Below, piece after piece: positions 55,421-64,000 of a stretch of 64,000 bases of DNA. Position 1 is the first letter of the stretch. Every line of letters starts with the position of its first letter. The translations under genes were made by a program, and so were the position numbers. The notes under the pieces are model-generated. The model made no database searches and was not told the DNA's origin. It saw only the letters and a list, made by a program, of their open reading frames with translations. This DNA is from the human T2T-CHM13v2.0 reference genome, Homo sapiens: assembly GCF_009914755.1 (NCBI RefSeq), contig NC_060932.1; one strand, written 5' to 3'.

Positions 55421-56357
55421 CACCAAGTAAATTAAAGAGGGAAAAAGAATTTTCATTCAGTGATATGCCAGGAATTTGCATCTACTTCATATCATTTAAT
55501 CTTTAAACAGCCCTGAGAGCAAATTATTATCTTCCTCTGAGGAAAATAAGGTTTGATGAGATTATCTTAAAAGGATGTATTCATTTGGTCATGCTGTCTG
55601 TTATCGGGAATTTCAAATTGAAAGCAATGGAGTATCTATCATGGGAAAATGAAAGGCTGTTCTACTGCAAACAGACAAAAAAAAGCATCTGCTCCTTTTA
55701 AAAATGTTTTAATGTAAGCAGGATTCTTCAGCAACTATGGCTGTGCCATATCCAATATTTGTTAAATAAAAATTTAAAAGTAGGCAACACAAATGTCCAA
55801 ATATCAAAAATTAGAACACTAAATGTAAATGTACTTTTTTAAGTCTGTAATCAAATGCTGAGAGCAAGATTTCAACAAACTGAGCACATGGGGGGGAAGA
55901 AAGAGAAAGAGAGAGGGAGATGAGAGATACGTAAGTTCTATGACTATAGAGAACTAGTTTATTTGTTCACTGCAGTGTACCCAGAACCTAGGAGTGTTCT
56001 TACACATTTTAAATATTTAATTAGTATTTAACCAGATATGGAAAAGAAGGCTGGATAACTACTTGTTAAAGGGATTAAAAAAATACAGAAAAGTACTTGT
56101 TAAAATGTCACTTAAGGTTCTAAAATTCTTTAGTATACAGCCCTCTCACATGAAAGTTAGGATTTATTAAATATAGTATATGAAGAAACCAGAGGGGCCA
56201 ACAGTTACAAAATTAGGGTATATGTATGTAAATGGATTTCAAATTGGTATGAGAGTCTATCAAGAACGAAGTTTCAGAAAAAATAACAGAATATGCTTTT
56301 AAAGGCACTGCTCTTTCTGTGAGCACTACAGAAACACACTGAAGGGGAGAACAAAGG

Positions 56358-56672
56358 TCTTTTTTTTGTTTTTGTTTTTGTTTTTGTTTTTGTTTTTGAG
56401 GTTGAGTCTCTGTCACTCGAGCTGGAGTGCAGAAGCATGATCCCAGCTCCTTGAAGCTTCAACCTTCCAGGCTCAAGCCATCCTCCTGCCTCAGCCTGAG
56501 TAGCTGGGATTATAAGCATGCACCACCACTCCCAGCTAATTTTGTTTATATTTTATAAAGACAGGGTCTCACTATGTTGCCCAGGCTGGTCTCAAATTCA
56601 TGGACTCAAGCAGTCCTCCCACCTCAGCCTCCCAAAGGGTTGGGATTATAGATGTGCACCACCACGCCTGGA
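56358..56672 (-). mobile_element. AluJ with (TTTTTG)n tail
   Basis: Antisense dimer; TSD GAGAACAAAGG at 56347-56357 and 56673-56683. Confidence 0.93.
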
Positions 56673-59344
56673 GAGAACAAAGGAGTTAATTTTTAGGTAG
56701 CATATGTGAGTTAAACTCTTTTACTTTCAATCATCCTCAAAACATAAAATAAATGGAATACAAAAGGCAATATAAGCATTTGAGATTGTTGAAGCTTCTT
56801 AATATTTGCAACTCTTAAACCAAAAATATCCAATAAATTGGCTTCAATTAAATATATACATATATATACAAAGTTACCTGTTGTAAACTAATACTTTTCC
56901 TTCAAATAAATATCATTCTAAAAAACAGGATTATCATAGGCAAAAATCATAAAATCATAATAATTTTGGCTAACAAGACATTGACATTATAGCTTTTTTG
57001 CATACTAAAAAAGGAGTCTGAAAGATGTTTATGGAAACAATCAATTTGAAAAAACATTTATAATAAAATTCTAATTTACTGAATCTGATATCATGTTGAC
57101 AATGACACTATTTCTTCAACGGATCGTATTTAGGATATACATCTTAAGGTAAAAGAGGGATGGTGAAATCAGAATAAACTCATGGTACTCATTGACAGTT
57201 TACTGGTATCATTTTAGGCTACTAGAAACAAGAGTTTATATGCAGTATTTTAACTGTAGAAGGCATATAGGCCTTTTCAATTAAAAGCTCATTGCCCTTC
57301 TACAAAGGCAAATGGAGGTTACATGATTTTATAGTGGGGAAAGTCATTATCAGTCATCAGCTTCCGATTCCTTGTCCTATGTAGAAACCTACTGTTTCTT
57401 ATTTCTGCAGCATATATGAATTGAAGTTAATTTTCAAATGTGTTCAGTTACAAAAAGGCTTCTATTAATGATGCATGCATGCCACATGCCTCATATAGAC
57501 AAAGACCAAAAAAAATTCTACAAAGATAACATAATTCAAGATTCATTTTGAATCTAAATGAATTTGCCACAATTTGAATTATAGCTTGGGTAATTTCTAT
57601 TGTCAGATTAGAAGAATCAGCACACTGAACACTAGCATCATCACTAAGTTCTTAAAAAAGAATGGATGTGCTCCATTGGAGGGAACACATAATTGAGCAT
57701 CATAATTGGATAGGAAACAGCTTGATTTCTGAAACTACAGTCACTGTCTACCAAAACTTTCACTACAGTTACAATTGAACACTAACAATAACAATCTTGG
57801 AGAAGAGAACATAAAACTTTAATGTACAGACATTCATATCAAGTTGACCAAAACTCTATCAGTAGCAAGTACAGAGCTAGAAAAAGAGAGGTTCTTGTTA
57901 ATTTATAACTATGTTTGAGCTAACTTTAGTCTTCTGTGGGTAAAGAAAATTAATTTAATCTGAAATTATTTTGACCTAAATTTTTAAAGCAGAAACAGAC
58001 CTAAAGTGCTTTAAAAAGTAAGTGGAAAGGAATTTAAAATGGTACCTCAAAGGTAAGTATTGAAATTTCATGTATTCTCTAAAATAGTTAACCCCTCTCA
58101 GGCTGTATCTGCATTACATTAAAATCTAATAAGGCTTTAGTTTTCTTACCTCTTTGTCTGAATCAACTTTTAAAAAAAATTTAAAATGAAGAGAATATTT
58201 GGAAGTGAGCCCTTTCACCCATCTGCTAATAAGGGACACTAACTTTAAACCACTCTAATTATTGGTCCTACCCAAACACAAACATGTCTGCTATACGAGA
58301 AATTCGATATTATACAAGGCCATGAGATCAAATGTTCATGGAAGATAAAAACTATAGGACTGTCTTCAAAGAGCTCTGAAAAATGGAGCCCAAGATGGAA
58401 AATGAGAATCATTTTTGAGACTAATTATAGAGTACTTTTATTGAGCAATTACTCTTTTTTAAGCTCTGTGATAAGTAAAAACACAGTGTAATATTGTTTT
58501 TTGGCCTACTGGAACCAACTATTTCTATTCACCTGTTTACTATGATTCTCAGGCCCATGAATTAGTAACTGGAGTTTGCATAAGGCTGAATCATTAAACT
58601 TTTTGTACATTAAAATATCCTAAAAAATTTCCGGTTTTGAAAGGACTCATTTTTATATCCTGAAAAAAGCAGTCTAGAATATTAAACTGATTGAAATAAG
58701 GTGATCCTTATTTAGATTTAGAAGGGATTTTTAGCACCCAAAACTCTGCTTTGCTGGCTTAACTGCGTAAAGGCAAACAAATAAGGAATATTTTACATTT
58801 TAGTGACTATCACTATTGCATGCCTCAAAATAATTCAATGTGCACCTATTTATTCTAATCCAAAGTCTGAAAGGTTTCCTAAGAATAAGCCGTGTTTAGT
58901 AATAGTATGAGATGTAGGCAATACTCCTTCTGTTTCATGATTATAATATTAGACACACGAAAAACCAGAGAGATCATAAATGGAACTATCTCTTCTCTGT
59001 CCATTTTCACCTCATTACAGTTTTCCCCTAAACTAAAAAGAAAATTGAGTTCAGAAGGGCCTGTTATACACAAATAATTAGCTACCACCATCCATTACTA
59101 TCTGTCCCTCAGTCACATTTTTCTATTGGAAGTCATCCCAAATTCCCATATTCAAGCACTCTCTTGTAAAAGGACTTACTGATACTTATGCAATTAATTA
59201 ATTTTTTACTACCATATGTTCTGCTTCTCTATATGTTGCTTTTATTTATCCATTCAATATATGTCCACTGCCCCTTGCACAAGATGTCAAAGATAGAAAA
59301 ACATACAGTCCGGATTCCAGTCCAGGAGAGTTTGCAGTCTACAG

Positions 59345-59544
59345 TCATGTAGCTGAAGCCACTAAGCATATGTGGCTATTCCAATTTAAATTATTTGAGA
59401 TCAAATATGATTAGAAATTAAGTTCTTCAGTTGTACTAGCCAAATTTCAAGTGATCATTGGTTATAAGTAGCTAGCAGTTACTGTATTAGTGCAAAAAAA
59501 AGAACATTTTCATAATCACAGAAAGTTACATTGGGCAGCCCTAG
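59345..59544. mobile_element. MER3-like hAT-Charlie MITE
   Basis: AGCCACTAAGCATATGTGGCTATT..TTCTTCAGTTGTACTAGCCAAATTTCAAGTG..AGAACATTTTCATAATCACAGAAAGTT..ATTGGGCAGC. Confidence 0.8.
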
Positions 59545-62500
59545 TCTAGAGAAGGAAACAGTTGTGCAAGTAAATAAAAGTGCACTCTGGTAAACAATGT
59601 CCTAGAAATATGTTCAAAGTCTTAGAGGAGATAATGCAGGTCCCGCACATTTCACAATGTGGTCTGACTAAAACCACTAAGGCGGTACTGAATATGAAAA
59701 TGCCTGTATCATACAAACATCATATCATTATATGTTAATATGCACATTCAAAGGATGATTCCTGGCTACCTTAAAGAATTTTTTGGTAATTTCAGAAATT
59801 AAAAGGGGTGAGGATGATCTCCTTTACAAGGCTCAGGTCAGTTTATCAAGATGTATATGTGGTACATAGAAATAGAAACTCGAAATCTTGAAATTATGAT
59901 TTTAAAATCTGACTCATTATTTGATTATTCAATAGTTCTGAATGATGCGGGGATCTATTGAATGAATAAGAGTGACTGGATGAGAAAAGGTTGTGTGGTG
60001 GCAGATAAAGCATAGGCATTGGAGTTAAATAGGCCTAAATTTCAATCCAAGTATGACCATGTGTCAGAAGTAACTTTCATTTTTCCCTTATAGCACACCT
60101 AGACAATTCATCTTTCTCCTCTTGGATCTATCACATCAGTTCTGGGATTGCTGTCACATACTTAAATACCTACACGAGTCAAGCTGATGACAAATGAATG
60201 AAGTGGGTACAGTATAAGATAAGCAGAAGTACAGATGTGATAATGATAAGTCACAGCTGACACTGGAATACAATGCTGGGAGCAATGAGCTTGGGAACCC
60301 TGGTAACCTAAAGAGAGATGTTCTTTGTAAAGGGCAGTCATCATGTACTTTTTGCTGACTGTTGCTTTGTGGAGAAGTGAGTCCCGTGTTGTCAGAGCTT
60401 CGGATTTCTTAAGAAGAAGCTGCAAATCTGCTTTTCTATGTAAATCTTCTAATTTTATATGTTGGCAGCTATTTTGATATTTTAAATACTCTGCCTAGAA
60501 AAGTACTGTGAAAGCCAATCAAAACATGCTTCTAGACGAGATTGAGGTCTCAAGCTTTCAATTTTCCAGTTCATGTCTAGAGCTTCAGATTATTCTTTAC
60601 CAGAGCAGCCTCTTCAAAGCTGAGGCCAATTTTTGCTAAAAACAAAACTACCAAAAAAGTAATTTAAATATTAAGATCTCCTTATAAAAATCCACTCAAT
60701 TTTCAATCCAGAAAATGTTTAATGTCAATAAAAGTAGTGCTGGTGACTTTAGGAGAAATGTCACATGCAAAATCTTCCTGGGCTTTATCTTTGAAAAGGA
60801 AGGAACAAGGAGAAAACCACTGCTGGAACACTCTGTAATGGAGTCTCCAATAGGGCAGTGGTTTTCAATACAGCGTATAAGGGAGCTACAGAGGCTCTTC
60901 CTCATTCCCAGTTTGGTTTACAATTCATCATTGGGGCACGTTATGCCATAACACTAACAGTGCTTCTCCTGCTAGCAATAGTACTATACAATAATCTGTA
61001 TTATGTACAGATACTCTTAATCTAGATAGATTTGATTCTTTCCTATTTTACAGTATTTAATTTTTGGATTTAACAATGTTAAATAATTATATAAATTGTA
61101 TTAACTGGGCATTTAATAAACATGTCTAACCTTTTCAAAAAGCATAGAAGACTTAAGTTAAAGAAATCATTGACAACATGAAGCCAAACTGTGTTTTAAA
61201 TTTCAAAACTGCACAAAATAAAATCATGCTATTCTCTGAATTGCTTATCATACAGAAGATTGCAGCATTCAATTGTTTTAAGAGCATTACTTTTAACATG
61301 TTATTTAACATTTTAGCTATGATTTATTTCCCTGTGATCAGGATGTATGACCAATGGAGCAGTTCAAGCTTAAAAATTATATTTCTATTTCTATTGCCAT
61401 TACTTGTCTTCTGTTGTTAATATTTATCATTTTTATAGCTGTGATTTCCTTAATAAAAAGACCCATATTTCGTTGATGCCACAGCTATTTCCCCCTTCAC
61501 AAAACACAAAATGGAGAGGTTAAAATGATTTTATTTTTTCAAAATCCCAAGAAAGGTAACCTTATATGTTTTTATGTTTCTAGCAGTGAGGTGTTACAAG
61601 GGAAGAGATAACTGATATATTTTGACTGGTAACTTTGTATGCATAACATGCAAAGGACTTTATACACAGACTCCTACCCACTGAATTCTAATGAGAAACC
61701 TTGGTCACAAGCTATAGAAGTGCTAGAAATGAAAAGGATGAGGATGTGATCATCACAGGTTAAATTTGTCCACTAGCCTAACAAGGAAAAGTGAGAGAAG
61801 AAAAGTATGTGGAAGAAGAGAGGAGAGAGAGAGGGAGAAAAGTGAGAGAGAGAGAGAGTTCCCTGAGCTAATTTTCTAGCCATCAGTCAGTTTATTGTTT
61901 CCACTGAAAGAGATTGAAAGACAGAGTAAGAGTCAGAGTTATTACAATAAATATAAAGTAGCTTTAGCCAAGGGAAATTACACTTGTAAGGTCAAGGGGA
62001 GAATCTGGGAGAGGGATCCTGAGGGGGAAGGATGAGCAGAAAGTTCAGGGTCAGGATTTTGAAGGAAAAAGGAACATTATCCATGTCAATAACTGCGATA
62101 TATATGTTACATGGTACATTAAAGTATGTTTGATTCATATTATATTTTTTATTAAACATTCCAAATAATCATGAGTGTGTGTATGTGTTTTAAAGGTTTT
62201 GTGTGTGCACACCTTGATACAGGATTTACTGTCAACATATTAATCATATCTATGTGCTTCGTGGAGAGAGTTTTTCTGTTATTACATGTTTTATTTAGAT
62301 ATGACCTACATTGATATGAAGAAGCACATAGTCACTATTGCTGGACTAGTTTATTGTATATCTTTAGCTACCACAATTCTATGATGCACTTATTGGGCAA
62401 GTACATTCAGGTGAATTTTATTGGCCAAAGTCATTGTTTTATTGTCCATATTGCCTACAGAGCAGGTAATGTCTACGATACAGGAACACAAGGACTTTTC

Positions 62501-64000
62501 TGTTGGTGTACTTATCCTGTTCATCAAATGTTTGAGACTAGGGTCTCTTACCAGCAAGAATAACCCAACGGAATCGGCCATTCAATTAAAAATTAAAATA
62601 TTAGCTGAACAAGTAGGGGCTTAGTGATGTTGATTGGTAAGGAGAGAATATGTGGAAATTCATAAACAGCAATTTTCTCCATACAAAGAGAAACAAGTGA
62701 GGAAAAAAGTCCTACATAAGAAAGAACCTGAACAAATAAGGCTTATTTAAGGCCTTACTCAATTTATGCAACCACTACCTTTCCCCTCTGTAACGTTTTT
62801 TTCATTTTTAAAAGTCTAAACCTTCCTGAAGTCTTGGAAAGCACCAGGGATTTAGCCATACTTTCATATTTACTTCAGAACATCTTTCTTCTTAGGAATT
62901 TTACATTGTGCATTTGCAAAAGCAATAGAACCAATAACAGTAGTCTAATGCATACATTGGAATTATTAGCCAACTTTAAATGAAGAAAAAAGAGTATACA
63001 TTGCATATTTCTCTAAATTCTGTTTCTTGGATATTTCCATTATACTTTTTGATAAACTGGGCCAGTTGACTCAGTCCTCCCTTGGAGTATGGTCGTTTTG
63101 AGTTCTTTTATCATTTTATAAGGAGAATTTAAAAGATATGACTTGAAGTCCATGCTAAATGATAAACAATTTTTAGAAATTTGAACCGACTGTAACAGAT
63201 TTGTATTTCATGTTTGCCCACACACTTACACGTGCATTTCAAAATGTAATTGGTATTCCTGTCATGCACCATTTTACGTGATTGATGAAGAATTCATGTC
63301 CATTATTTTGAGATGTGGTCTTCTATCCAACTGCCCAAGTCTAATATTTCTACCGTCTTTTATACAGCTAGTATTTATATCCACTATACATTTAGTAAAT
63401 GTTTAAACTAAATCACTATTTTAGACTCCAGATAAATTTGCAGTCCTTCTCTTTTAAAAGACAATAAAATTTATAGATTAGTGCAAACAGTATCAGTTCT
63501 GGATATCACACAGATATTTCTGCAAATACATATTTTAATAAAAAATTTTACTCTATTGAGAAACCACGAATCAAGTTAGTAATACAGAAAAGTCAATACT
63601 TGAGGGAGAGAGGAAAAAGTATATAATGGCCAGGAAATATTTATTTCATATTGATACATTTGGATTCACTTGAAATTTTAAGGTATGGGTGAGTCCATGA
63701 GAAATCCAGATTAATTTTAATAACATGAGTGTTTAGTGAGTATGAATTATGTCATAGTCACCGTGCTAGGAACTAATGATATAACGGTGATTAATGACAT
63801 TCTGTCTTACGAAAGGATGATCCTATATAATCAGGTATGGTTCTAAAATGTATTAGTGAGAATTCATGGAAATTCAGGAGGCATTCTATGCTTTCAAAAA
63901 AATTAAAGAACAAGTGACCTTATTTCCTCCATGTTCAACCTCAGTAAATCCATCCCACACAGCAATGAATTTTTTAGACACCCCTTAAATTTTCCTGCCT

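Overview
This is AT-rich, CpG-poor primate genomic DNA. AluY/AluS/AluJ, L1PA, THE1C and MLT2A1 point to a catarrhine, most likely human, intergenic or deep intronic region. I find no credible host protein-coding exon, RNA gene, CpG island or prokaryotic system. Every ORF with recognisable homology is a decayed retroelement fragment (HERV-L gag/pro/pol, L1 ORF2, THE1-int, CR1 RT); the rest are Alu or microsatellite artefacts. Main contents: the 5' half of a HERV-L provirus with MLT2A1 LTR and tRNA-Leu PBS (1-3532, minus); a 5'-truncated L1PA with 17-bp TSD; an L1PB1-like copy with 13-bp TSD; a complete two-LTR THE1C with TGTAT TSD; an MSTB nested in an MLT1; seven Alus; and ancient L1M/L2/CR1/MIR/MER relics. 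Second-look items are small in scale: DUX4 motifs in the LTRs, fold-back palindromes at deletions inside repeats, two unusual micro-L1 insertions, local duplications, and a repeat-poor 44.2-52 kb block with candidate CTCF/HOX/MEIS motifs. I see no evidence of an undescribed biological system. Subfamily names come from remembered consensus sequences and need RepeatMasker/Dfam confirmation.
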